From Hydrolagus affinis (lineage: Eukaryota): a stretch of 64,000 bases of DNA. Below are positions 26,801 to 37,721 of the stretch, piece after piece. The stretch is from NCBI GenBank assembly GCA_012026655.1, contig JAAILG010000903.1, forward strand, positions 1 to 64,000, written 5' to 3'. A program made the position numbers and the translations under genes. The notes under the pieces are model-generated. The model had not been told where the DNA came from. It saw nothing but the letters and a program-made list of their open reading frames with translations, and ran no database searches. The stretch's first letter is position 1; each line of letters opens with the position of its first letter.

Positions 26801-27555
26801 GTGAGGAGAGGGCCTTGAGGGTGTGTAGGAAAGGTGGGTGTGGGGAGAGAGGAGGGAGGGAAAGTGGGGAGGGTAATTATGAGGGGGAAGTGTGTTTGCC
26901 TTGAGGAGGCGATTGGGCAGAGAGAGTGAATGATGGGACAGTTGGGGTGGCCGCTCTGGGACACCCAGCGCCTGGTGCCACAGTGGGCCCAGCGGAGGAT
27001 GCCCAGACTGGAGCAGAGGGAAGCGGTGATGGGGGCCAGGAGGGAGACTAGGCAGGTGGGGGGGGGGGGAGGGGCAGAGGGAGAGTAGGACAGATTTAGA
27101 GTAGCAGATAGAGGGGGATGGTGAGAGAGATATAGAGGAGGATGCTGAGAGAGACATTTAGGGTAGTGGGGAAGGCTTGGCTCGGGTTGGGGCGGTAGCC
27201 AAAACGTGCATGCTGGGAGCCGAGAGCGAAGGATCAGCAGGGCGGCATCATCCCAGAGGATGTGTGGCCATGGCTAGGCGGTGACTAGCTAAGTCAGCCC
27301 TGCCATTGACACCTATCCTGAGGGGGGTGGGGTAATGGTCTATTTATAGAGCTGCTAGTGATCTAATTTTAATGCGCTGATGAGGTGTTAATGCTGGTGG
27401 GCTGATGGTCTATTGTTTCGAGGTGATGCGCTGTTAATGATGGGAGGAGTGCGCGGGTTAATTGTTTTTGTGTGTGACGCCGCACCGACGTCACTTTTTT
27501 AGTTTATGCCCGTTTTACCCCCAGCCCTTCGATCACCCACTCACTCGCTCGCTCC
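23847..27555 (-). mobile_element. Apparently full-length single-ORF L2 LINE (APE endonuclease + RT), disrupted by frameshifts
   Basis: EN motifs LTETW (~26660), LLYRPPK, GNFNLH, HNRGHALDLII, ISDHFLV; RT motifs QSGFRPAHSTETAL, GVPQGSILGPLLF, FADD (24787-24798); 3' stem-loop and (GTT)n tail; CTTAC at 23842-23846 and 27556-27560; the interrupted CR1 resumes on both sides. Confidence 0.95.
27240..27555 (-). promoter_or_regulatory. CpG-rich 5' region of the L2 with CRE-like sites and a TATA/MEF2-like box
   Basis: TGACGTC at 27487-27493 (minus), TGACG at 27475-27479, CTATAAATAG at 27340-27349 (minus), GCCATGG with ATG at 27271-27269. Confidence 0.45.
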
Positions 27556-27560
27556 CTTAC

Positions 27561-27870
27561 CAAGGGGGAAGTGGAAGTAGATCTATGGGCCACTTCACTA
27601 GGTCAAAACTGTGTAAGGCAGCAATAAATATAGTAAACAGGATTTTAGATCAATAGTTTGGGTGCAACAAAGCATTAGTTCGAGATGAAATAGGTTTAGA
27701 GTTGTCGAGGGCAATTTCAGAACAGATTCCAGGAAGTTTTTCTTTACTCAGTGGTAATTAATGACTGGAATGGGTTGCCAGGAAAGAGCAGCTTGATGTA
27801 ATGATGGGTGGAAAGATGTGAATGGATTAGCTGAAAGCCTTCTTCATCCTAATCTTGTGATTTTATGGGC
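27561..27870 (+). mobile_element. Old CR1, right half including 3' end
   Basis: tgtaaggcagcaataaatatagtaaacaggatttta (QC.AA...NRIL-like); ttctttactcagtggtaattaatgactggaatgggttgcca (FFTQ.V...WNGLP); ctgaaagccttcttcatc tail. Confidence 0.7.
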
Positions 27871-28734
27871 TCTGAACTATTGGCCCAGTTGACTAGTTTT
27901 CCTGTATTTTTAGAACAACAACATTTACAAAGCACTAAGGTCACCCTTACCTAATATCTTGTCAGATAGAGGTAAAACTGCCATGGCAAAAAGCCAACTT
28001 TAAATCAAGAACACAAGAATCTGTTCAGAGAAAGAAGACCAAGGTCCACCCAAAAGTCAAATACAATACTATCAGCAAAGGGACCTTCCATACTGCCTCC
28101 ATGGAATGCACAAGGGAAATGGTGAAAGATCAAACAGGTTTGTTTGATCAACAGCCTTTTCTTCTCTTAACAATCTTAGGTTTTTATACATATCGATCGG
28201 CTGTCTGCCCTGATTTCTCTTGAGATCAACTGCCTGTTTGTCCTGATTTCTTCATGTTCTAGAAGCTGTCCTGATAATTTAAGTTAGTCACCGTCTTTGT
28301 ATCTCAAATTCCCTTCTGCTCCAGTAACCATCTGTCCTTGGTCAGCTCCCCCACCTCCCCACCACCCTCAACATTTTTCAGCTCCTCCACCCCCAGCCAG
28401 GCGCCTAAGACCACTGTACAGACTTTTGAGGTATACTCCTGAAATGTAAAATTGTTGTCTTCATTTCCCTTGTGGTTTGATGCCTTTTTTTGAATTTCCT
28501 GGTAGACTCCTAAAGAGAGACATCAGATCACAAAAGCAACTTGAAGAGATCAGAGACAATAAGCATCGCAGAAGTTAACACTGTGCATAGATAATCCTTG
28601 AAGAAAATCACATGGACAAACAGGCACCCAGAGGTTGTGACAATTACAGACTCTAATTGATGTGTTGCATAGTGCAGGAGTTACTATTAGTTCAGTTTTC
28701 TATTCTGGAGTAGAATAGAAAGTTCACAAATATA

Positions 28735-28835
28735 TACAGTAACTCACTTTACAGTATATTCTGTGAAGCGCTTTAAGACATCTAGAAGAAGTGAAAAGCG
28801 CTATAACAAATGCAAGGATTATTATATTATTATAT
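28735..28835 (+). mobile_element. Young SINE 3' end
   Basis: tcactttacagtatattctgtgaagcgctttaagacatctagaagaagtgaaaagcgctata...gcaaggattatt. Confidence 0.85.
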
Positions 28836-29522
28836 TCTTTCCTTATTCTTTTATTGTTATCTCACCTGCCAGTCTAGTACAACATAACCTGTTGAACTGT
28901 GTAAGATAAAACCATTGTTCAAATGCAGTACAGTATATATCAATGTCTTGCTCTGGTTACACAAGACGATTTTGCCATTGTTGAGATATTTAACTGATCT
29001 TTCAGCCAATGTGCCTTTGTTTTTGTGCACAGTGGGGTTGAAAAATATGATATGTAACTTGTTAACACATTGTGGAACATTTCACTCTTGGAGGTGTCTC
29101 GTTTAAAGCAAGTTAAGTTAAGGTATTCCTGAACTGTCACTGAAGTGTTGTAATCTATCCAGCAGCTAATCCAAGGGTTTGCTGCAGGAAATGGCTTTTC
29201 TCCTAACCTATTTTCATCAAGTCGGGGATCACTCGGAATCAGCCATCAACTGGGATACCTCCCGAGTGGAATGTTCCATAATGAGATATTTTTCATCACA
29301 TCTCATGCCACATTTTTTCTCTACTATTTCATTCTTGATACTCAATACCATACGGTATTTGCTGACATTATGCAGAAAGTGGCGTGAAGCTGGTCCCCAA
29401 AATATAGGGACATCAATTGGGATAGAGCATATTTATGATCCCTATCTGTTATAATAAATTCATATCAATAGAAAAAGGAAACTAGTAACATTTGAAAGAT
29501 GTGGTGCAAATAGATGGTGACC

Positions 29523-29790
29523 GACAACAACTTGCATTTATTAGCACCGTTCACTCGAGTAGCATCTCGGGGTAGTTAACAGTGGGGTAATTTCTTGGTG
29601 AACGGAACTGAGTGAGGAGGTGACTCAAAGCATGGTCGAAAAGGAAAATCTTCAGGTATGATTTGAAAATGGGCAAAAAGGGGCAAGAGGGAGATGATTG
29701 GGGCAGGGAGTTCCAGATGATGATCAACAAAACAGGGCTGATATTTGTAGCCATGAGAGTAACAGTTTGATATATTCGGGCACTGGCATT
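29523..29790 (-). mobile_element. Old L2 3' fragment
   Basis: Minus translation VQNASAR...WNSLP...FKSYLKIFLFD. Confidence 0.75.
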
Positions 29791-30085
29791 TTGTACCAAA
29801 GAGAGGTTTTGTATCCCTCAGGAAACTAAACAAAAGTGCTTCCCTCAGAGATCAATTCATCCCAAAGTATTATGACGTGAGTCCCAAGGTCATATTGAAA
29901 TACACACGCAGAATGCTCTGGGAGCTGGTCACCAACCTATCTTCCAAGGCAGATAATATCATGTGCCTTGGCAGTAATTCACCTTAAATTAGATACAATT
30001 GCACACTCTTCAACAGAGATATTTCTCAAGGTTTATGTTCGATTTCCAAGCCACTGATATTAAATACATTCATAAAGCCCTCTTA

Positions 30086-30100
30086 CCAGTAGAGGGAGCA
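30086..30100 (+). promoter_or_regulatory. CTCF-like motif
   Basis: CCAGTAGAGGGAGCA is close to the CTCF core CCASYAGRKGGCRS. Confidence 0.4.
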
Positions 30101-31329
30101 AATAATCCACTATCAATGTGCTAGAGACCCTCATCAAACATAACAGGAAATGTATGGAGAGTGGAACTGCCAGAGCGTTGATTATAGGAAACCACCGACA
30201 CAGTGTCAATTACAAAGTAGGAAGCCTCGGCAATTATTTTTCACCATTTAAAATAGTGAGAATGGACACTTACATTCGATACAGTGCCACATCACTTTGA
30301 TTCGTCTCAAAGTGTTTACACAATGGGTTACATGGAATTGTAATGAACATTGTTTTAAAGGCAAACCCAGTACCTAATTTGTGTCAGCAAATGTTCCAAA
30401 CATGAGGTGAAATGAGGTGAAAGCTCAAAATTATGACCTGGGATTTTCACTGTTCTTATTCAATATACAGTGCAGCACTTTCTGCATTGCATAGAATATA
30501 CAGTCTGAGTTGGGTCTTGCACTGCAGCAACAAAACCACAATCATGTTATCCAAACTGTATGCTTGAAATGCATCAAGAAACCACTGTTCCATGAAAGTA
30601 ACAATTCTGAGAGACTGTCTCTTTGCCTAATGGCAATGAGAAGATTAAAATTCTGGTCTTATATGTATCCACTCTCTATTTATCATCAGTAGTATTGAAA
30701 CACAATATTTAACATCAAAAACAGAATTTAGAATGAAAAATTTTGATAATTATCACATTATAGAAAATTTCTCAGTTAGTGACTGTGTGGATTACACTTA
30801 TCTCCATTCAGATGGTTTCAGTAAACCTACGTAGTTTGATAACAGCAGATGCTAGCATTTCAGTGCAAATGGTGAATACTAGCTTACCTAGCTACCCATT
30901 TGCGTTAGAGTAAATCCCTGGTTTATTCTATTTAAAATTAAATACAATATAATTTACATTTATATAGAGCCAGAAGAACATCCCAGAGTGTCAGAAGAAC
31001 ACCCCAAAGCACTTGACAAAAACTGAAGAGGCACCTGAGCTGGGGGTGAAATCCAACAGTGAGGAAGGGAAAGGTAACCAATAGTTAAAAGAGGTACGTT
31101 TTGAGATTGCAAAACAATGGGAGACTGAGTTGTAAATTGTGACATTCTCACTGGATACAAACTGCTATGGTGTTAAATCAAGCTATGAAAATCTGTGAAA
31201 ATCCAATGCAGTGTCATTTGCAAATGTAACTACAGTGCGTATTGTTTAACAGCTCATAAAGTTCAGAACCCATGTATAATTTGCATGTATTTCAGTGTAA
31301 ATAGGGCAAATCAACAGCATCCTGTCTTC

Positions 31330-31404
31330 AGCCATGATCTTATTGAATGGCAGAGCAGGCTCGAGGGGCCGAATGGCCTACTCCTGCTCCTAATTCTTAT
31401 GTTC
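31330..31404 (+). mobile_element. CR1/HE1-type 3' tail
   Basis: gccatgatcttattgaatggcagagcaggctcgaggggccgaatggcctactcctgctcctaattcttatgttc. Confidence 0.8.
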
Positions 31405-31483
31405 AATGGTTGTGCTACACTGGAAAGGAGGTGATATTGGCTCATTGTCAATAGTTGCTTGAGGGGCAGACAAGTCACTGTGA

Positions 31484-31830
31484 GCAGGGATTCTTCCCAC
31501 TCAGTTCCTGCAAGCAAAAGTCCTTAATAGGTAGCTTGGTTCTAGCTGGACAAGCAGTAGATTTGGCATACAGTATTCTTATAAGCAAGCTGTGCAGTTT
31601 TAGCTGCTTAATCTCCAGCAGGACACAATGCATGCTCTCGGGTCCCCAAACCTTGGGTCTCACCAACTTGTGCATGAAACCTTCTGGAATTTGGTAAGCG
31701 GGGTGCATCCCTCCAGGGACAGAGAGCAATTACATTTCCAGGCACATGGAAAGATGGCATTGTCTTTGTAAAATTCTCAGTCTGGTTTAGACAATCTTAA
31801 GCATTGTGATGAGTTTTCACACGTGTCAGA
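31484..31830. repeat. Unclassified dispersed repeat, copy B (uninterrupted)
   Basis: Colinear with 7672-8280 and 56668-57005. Confidence 0.7.
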
Positions 31831-31893
31831 TACCAGAACAAGCAAACAAAATAACACCAAGAATAGGATCACCAGGAGCACTGACTACCCTGT

Positions 31894-31908
31894 CCACTAG
31901 AGGGAGCA
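31894..31908 (+). promoter_or_regulatory. CTCF-like motif
   Basis: CCACTAGAGGGAGCA. Confidence 0.45.
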
Positions 31909-32054
31909 ATATCAGAGTGGGCAGAGGAGGGAGTGGACTCTCCCATTTTCAGCTGTGACACTTGCTGCCATTCTTCTCTGGCTGCTGGTGGGCTGAACGT
32001 TCAGACTGGCAATGCAGGACAGTAGTGTAGCTTTTGTATTACTGCCTTTACAGG

Positions 32055-32470
32055 GTGTCAGCATAGTTCAGTTGATAGCAGTCTCACCTCTGAATCTGAG
32101 GATTTGGGGGACATTTGAGCTCTTAGTCTTAGCTGACCCTTCAGTGTAGTGCTGGAGAGGTGTGGTAATAATCAGAGGTGCTATCATTTGGAGAGATATT
32201 AAGTCAAAATCCATTCTGCCTGTACAAGTGAGCATTAACTATCCCATGGGACTATTCACAAACAGAAGGAAAGTTCTCCCAGTATTGTGGCTCCAGATAA
32301 ATTTGGCCAATCACATCATGGCTGTTTATGGGGTTTAGCTATGCATAAATAGGCTGCTGTGGTCAGCTACAAATAATAAAAGTTATTATTTTACAGTAAG
32401 TACATGTGAAGCACTAATAGTCATCTTGACAATGTGATAAGGTGCTGTATCAAATGCATGGATTATTATG
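32055..32470 (+). mobile_element. Old full-length Deu-SINE
   Basis: Degenerate tRNA head (tagttcagttgatagcagtctcacctctgaatc), tcccatgggactattc, ggctgtttatgggg, gataaggtgctgtatcaaatgcatggattatt. Confidence 0.7.
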
Positions 32471-32989
32471 ATTACAGATATAACCCACAGAGCATCTAAG
32501 GAGAGATAATAAAGCCACAATACATGACTTCGAAATGACAGTGATTCACACACATTTGGGTGTTTCAGGACTTGAGTGGAACATATGTTAATGTTAATAA
32601 TGAGCTGATCACACAATTCAATGTGTTGGCTTTCACCCCAATTCACATAAAGTAAAGCAGGACTATAAAAACAGGCTTCCTATTCTATATCTTTATATTG
32701 CCAGTAGTGAAGCAGCTTTTCCCCCAGTAGTATAAACAAACCATATATTCCCCTACAAAACAGCCACAACACCAGAACTGTAAAACACCCACATGCTATT
32801 TTGAGACATTTCAACCTGATAAGGTCTCATAAAAATTTATGTTCTTTTTCTAAGTTGTAAACTCTATGACAAAGTTATTCAAGACAATATTTGAACAGGA
32901 AAAACATAAAGGATATGGAGAAAAGGTAGCTGTTTAAATATACAGTACATAGAACTGACAATAACCAATTGGTCAAATTTTAGACCCTA

Positions 32990-33340
32990 CATCATATGAA
33001 GTAAGAATCATAAGCAATTTTACAGGAATTACTGTATAACTTTTAGGCTCAGTGACTAGAGGGCATCAATTTAACATAGCTAGCAAATTAGAAAATGGGG
33101 CTTTTTGGAGAATTTTTTCCATGCACGGAGTAGTTATGATGTGGAATTCTCTGCTGGGAACAGTGATTGAGGCAGAATCTATATTAGCCTTTGCAATGAG
33201 ACTTGAGAGAGATGCCTAAAGAGGAATAAATTCCTGGGAACAGGTAAGGTAAATGGGATTGAGAGGGCTGTTCTTTAAAGAACCAACACAGACATGATGG
33301 GCCAAATGGCCTTCTTCTGCACTGTCAGTTTCTATTGTTT
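32990..33340 (+). mobile_element. CR1 3' region
   Basis: gactagagggcat...ttttttccatgcacggagtagttatgatgtggaattctctg...gatgggccaaatggccttcttctg. Confidence 0.75.
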
Positions 33341-35424
33341 CAAGATTTGAAAGCCTTAGACGTTGCTCGCCTGATCACTTGTAGCTATGAAATTTGGCTC
33401 CCTTGGAAGGATAAACTTTGTGGATATGAAATTAAAGATTAAATACATAATTATATGTAAAACCTAACATTCAGACTAAAATTCACAAAAATAGGATTGT
33501 TCACCTCTGGGTCAAAATACTATGTCAGTTCTTGGGCCCTGAGTGGAGAAAACCACTTCTCTGGAGGTGTGCTCAATCTGCTGACATTAATAAACCTGTT
33601 CCTTAAATAAGGAACATAACCTGTTTAGAAATCCTCCAAACTTTTACCCTAATGATTGCTATTATTATTGATTATATTAGGATGTTCCTGTGGACCATAG
33701 AAAAACAATGAAGATAAGGGGCTAGAATAAGAGGAAGTAATTTTCCTATGTTTGGTTGAACTATTTCTCTGTGAGAGCTTGTGAGGAACAAACCCATCAG
33801 TAATTCCTGTAAAATTGCTTATGATTCTTGAGTTTTGATATCAGTAATATGTCAGTTCCACACAAATCAGAAAGCCAAGGAAATGGTTCACTCAAGATAA
33901 AGGTGTTGGACAGTTGCAGAGGTCGGAGCAGACTGCGGGAGGGACACTGCATTTATCTGTACAAGTATCTAATTTTAGAAGCAAAACTGATGTTGCAGTC
34001 AGAGCCAAACTGCAACAGCTGCAGAGCTTTGGTTTGTTATTCTGAATCCTCCAGATATTCGGCAGCATACAGAAATACAGGCTTACACCATCAACCATTC
34101 ACATGCAGGAAGTGCTCGCTATCTTTAACAAAAGTTCCACAATTAGAGCTAAACTTCTCGCTTTTGTGCTTTCGTCTATTTAGTCTGTGGTTTTGATGTT
34201 ACTGCTATCTGCAGAGAACAGAGCCACTTGGGTTATTTCTGCAGTAGCCAGTTTGATGCCACATAAGATAGGTACCTGTTGCTCCACAGTACTCTACTTT
34301 TATCCGTGCATACAATGTTTCAATGATAACATCAGGATTCTATTTTTTATACATGGTTAGTACAGGTAAAACACAACATCAACTATATGTGGCTATAATA
34401 TTCAAAATTTAGCCTGCAAAATACCCACGGTCACCAACTAACAATTAATATATCAAAAGATAGATAATTCCTTGCTCTTACTAGTTCACAGTACCCGGGA
34501 TCAAGAGATTTGTTGTCAAATCTCTTAGGATGGTGTGCATTTTAAAACAAGCAATTCCCAATGAAGACATAACTGACTTTCCATTATTTTGTACTAATTT
34601 ATCAGGTGCACAATGCACATTTAATCATAGATAAGGCGTACTAACAAATAAAGCTTTTTGCAGCAAGTAGAGTTTAGAAGAGAACTTAAAGCTTAAAGAG
34701 CAGTAATTACATTGCAAGGATTTACCTCTGTTTTAATTAACACTAAATCTCCAGGGTAGAGTGTGGAACTGCAGTCAGAAGCCAACTGGGCAGCTTTTAA
34801 TCGCTTTGCAAAGAATTGACTTTGGCCTAGTGGTCCTTACTTCTGCAACAGACTTGTGTAAGAACAGAGGGGAGTTGACTATCAAGCCAGCTGTGACAGA
34901 ATCCTGACCAGAAATGGGGCCCAAAATGGTCCAAGATGGATTTTCTTCGTGTGAAAAGCCCCAAAACGAACTCAATTTCATTATTCTCTTGAGAATGCGG
35001 AGATGAGAAGGTGGTCAATTTAATGGTATGATAAGATTTTGTTTCATCGCAATTGTGATCCGAAACACAATTTGCAGAAAGCAGATTTTGTGAGTTAACT
35101 GTGACTGCTAGGTAGTCTAACGTAACATTTTTCCTCACACTTTCAGATTTGTCGGCATGGGGAGTTGGCAATCATTGTCCACAAGTATCACCTTCAATAA
35201 ATTGCAAAGCAGAAATGACAATTTATACAATAAATCTGGTGTGCAGGTATCTCCTTTTCATTCCTATTGCAGTATAGTACTGTACTGTAATAAATCCGTA
35301 GTTTCAAACACTTTGACTAATGTTCCATAATGTTATCTATTTTATAACTGTATTAGTGCTGAAAGGATGCAGTGGAATAAATGTGACTGGTTATCTCAAG
35401 AACCTTGTAGTACTGTAGTAATAG

Positions 35425-35700
35425 TAATAATAAATAATAGTCCTTGTATTTGATATAGCACTTTACACATCTTCTAAGCATCTCAAAGCGCTTCATAGAA
35501 TATACTATGAAGTGAATTGATTGTATATTTTGTGGGCAAAATGCGGCAGCCAATTTCCTGTGGCCAGTGTCACAGGAAAAGTCTTGGATTGTGATGACCA
35601 ATTTATTATTGGGTTTTTTTGAGGGATTATTATCAAGCGTGTGCAGTAAGGGAACTTGCCCAATGTTTCGTCCTGCCAGAATCAAATCCAAGTCTCTTGC
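35425..35700 (-). mobile_element. Young tRNA/Deu SINE, head truncated
   Basis: Same body as the 36193-36508 copy. Confidence 0.85.
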
Positions 35701-36192
35701 TGTTGTTATCCACATGTCAATCATCCACATATCAATCATGTCTGTTTATCCACATTTGAGTCCAATATGGAAGTTGACAAGGAATATTGGTAAAACTGGA
35801 CTTCTGTTAAGCAACAACAACATTTACAATTTTATACAATTGCCTTTCATATCAAAAGGATATCTCAAAGTGCTTCACACAACTGGCTGGGAGCTGGTCT
35901 GGGAGGGAGGGAAGGTGGCCAAAGGCAAGTTCGAAAACATAGGTGGGTTTTGAAGGCAGGGATAGAATTTCAGAGGGTAGGAGCAGATGGCAGAAAGCTT
36001 GCCCACCAATGCTGGGGAGAATTGGCCAGGAGGTTGCTGTTTGCTGAATAATGCTAGTTGGAACAGTAATATTTTTCAGCTTTTAGAAATAGTCATCCAG
36101 ACTCAGATAGAAGCAGGAACTTCCAACAAGCACTCATTCCCTGAAGTACAGTATTTAGTTGAAATTAATTATGGCTAAACATTCTTCTCTAG

Positions 36193-36508
36193 ATAATAAT
36201 AATAATCCTTGCATTTGATATAGTGCTTTTTGCATCTTATTGATGTCTCAAAGCGCTTTACAGAATACACTGTAAAGTGAATTGACTGTATATTTGTGGG
36301 CAAAATGCAGCAGCCAATTGTGCACAGCGGTGTCCCACAAACAGTCGTGGATTGAAATGACCAATGTTATTATTGTGTTTTTTTTGGACGGATTATTATC
36401 AGGCTTGTGGAGTAAGGAAACTTGCCCAAGGTTTTGCCCTGATCTACCTGGAGTCGAAACACAGGTCTCACGCTTGTAAGGTGAGTAACCACCGAGCTAC
36501 ATGAGCTC
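36193..36508 (-). mobile_element. Full-length young tRNA/Deu SINE
   Basis: Minus strand: GGAGCTCATGTAGCTCGGTGG...CCTTACAAGCGTGAGACCTGTGTTTCGACTCCAGG...CCTTGGGCAAGTTTCCTTACTCCAC...Deu block...(ATT)n. Confidence 0.92.
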
Positions 36509-37721
36509 CACGTGACAAATAAATGCTGTTAAGCACATTAAAGTAGTAGTGAGCTAGCAAAAGAAATGCAGAATTCCAGCTGTTTAATCATATCCAGACA
36601 GCCGTGGGTTCAGAGGATGAGATTGAATTATGAGTAAATAAACCTACAACCTTAGAACAAAAGGAACATTTGAGCAGAAATACTGATGTGACTTCAACTT
36701 GGGAATAGCACAGTAAATTACCAGTGAAAATATGAGAAATGTACCTGATGGGAATTATCAACCTGGGGAAGATTGAAGTACACAATAGCTGTAAAAAAAA
36801 ATGCATATATAATAAATAATTCCCTCCGGTGATGGGATGTATGTGAATTTTTAAATGATTTGTCCCGTTTTCCACCAGTAATTAAAGAACTGAGTCTCCA
36901 CTGAATGAAATCCTTTTGGCGTTGCATATTCATTATCTAAGAAGCAGCCTTAAAATAGGTGTGACTGTGCTTGGATACTTATTTGCAATAATACATATTT
37001 TTAAATAAGCATTTCACTCTAAAATACAGATCATTACAAATAAGACAGTGAGAGTTGGAGCTTCTTAATAAGATGATCTTTGGAAGGAAACATTCCCTTT
37101 ATCTGGCTGCCCTTATTTAAGCAAACATCATTAAAAGTATTGGCCTGATCTCAATTGCCCTCCGCACCAACAAACACTAACAATATCAGTTTATTTGTGA
37201 CTGCAGAATTGCATTAGATAGTAGCCTTGTAAAACTGGCCCATTAAACTCCCCGGATTGGATCTACTCTATGGCAACAGCAGGAAGTTATATAAAACACA
37301 CTTGATCATGTTAGCTATAGCTATATTTAGACAAAGGCTTGGTTAATTGGTTGCAAATTCAATTTTGACTATTGATTTTGTTGAAATTACACAAGTCTGC
37401 TTATCTCAAAATGGATCCACTGCAGTGGCTTCCAAGAATTGTACATAAGTGAAGGCATAATAACCCAGTCAAGGCTAATATTATTCATCACAATACTGGT
37501 TTCCATTACTGTATTATAGTAGAGCACCACATACCCACATGCCGATTTGAGACATCCTCTGGCTCGGAGTCATGCTCCGCCACTGTTAAGTGCTCTGAGA
37601 TGCTACCTTGTGTGTAGGGAGCTACATAGGTGCGAGTTGTTGTTGTCCTCCCGACGTGAAAGGCACCATGTAATTTGCAATGTAATGTAATTTCTAGTTG
37701 TTATCCACATGTCCATTTATC

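Noticed and set aside
26820-27085. G-run clusters (G-quadruplex potential) on the plus strand
   Set aside because: Reflect the Pro/Ser-rich L2 N-terminal region; no independent sign of function
33828-34196. 122-aa ORF in unique DNA
   Set aside because: Non-ATG start, no splice or domain support, length within chance range
35706-35755. TTATCCACA (bacterial DnaA box) copies
   Set aside because: Vertebrate context; explained by local micro-duplication
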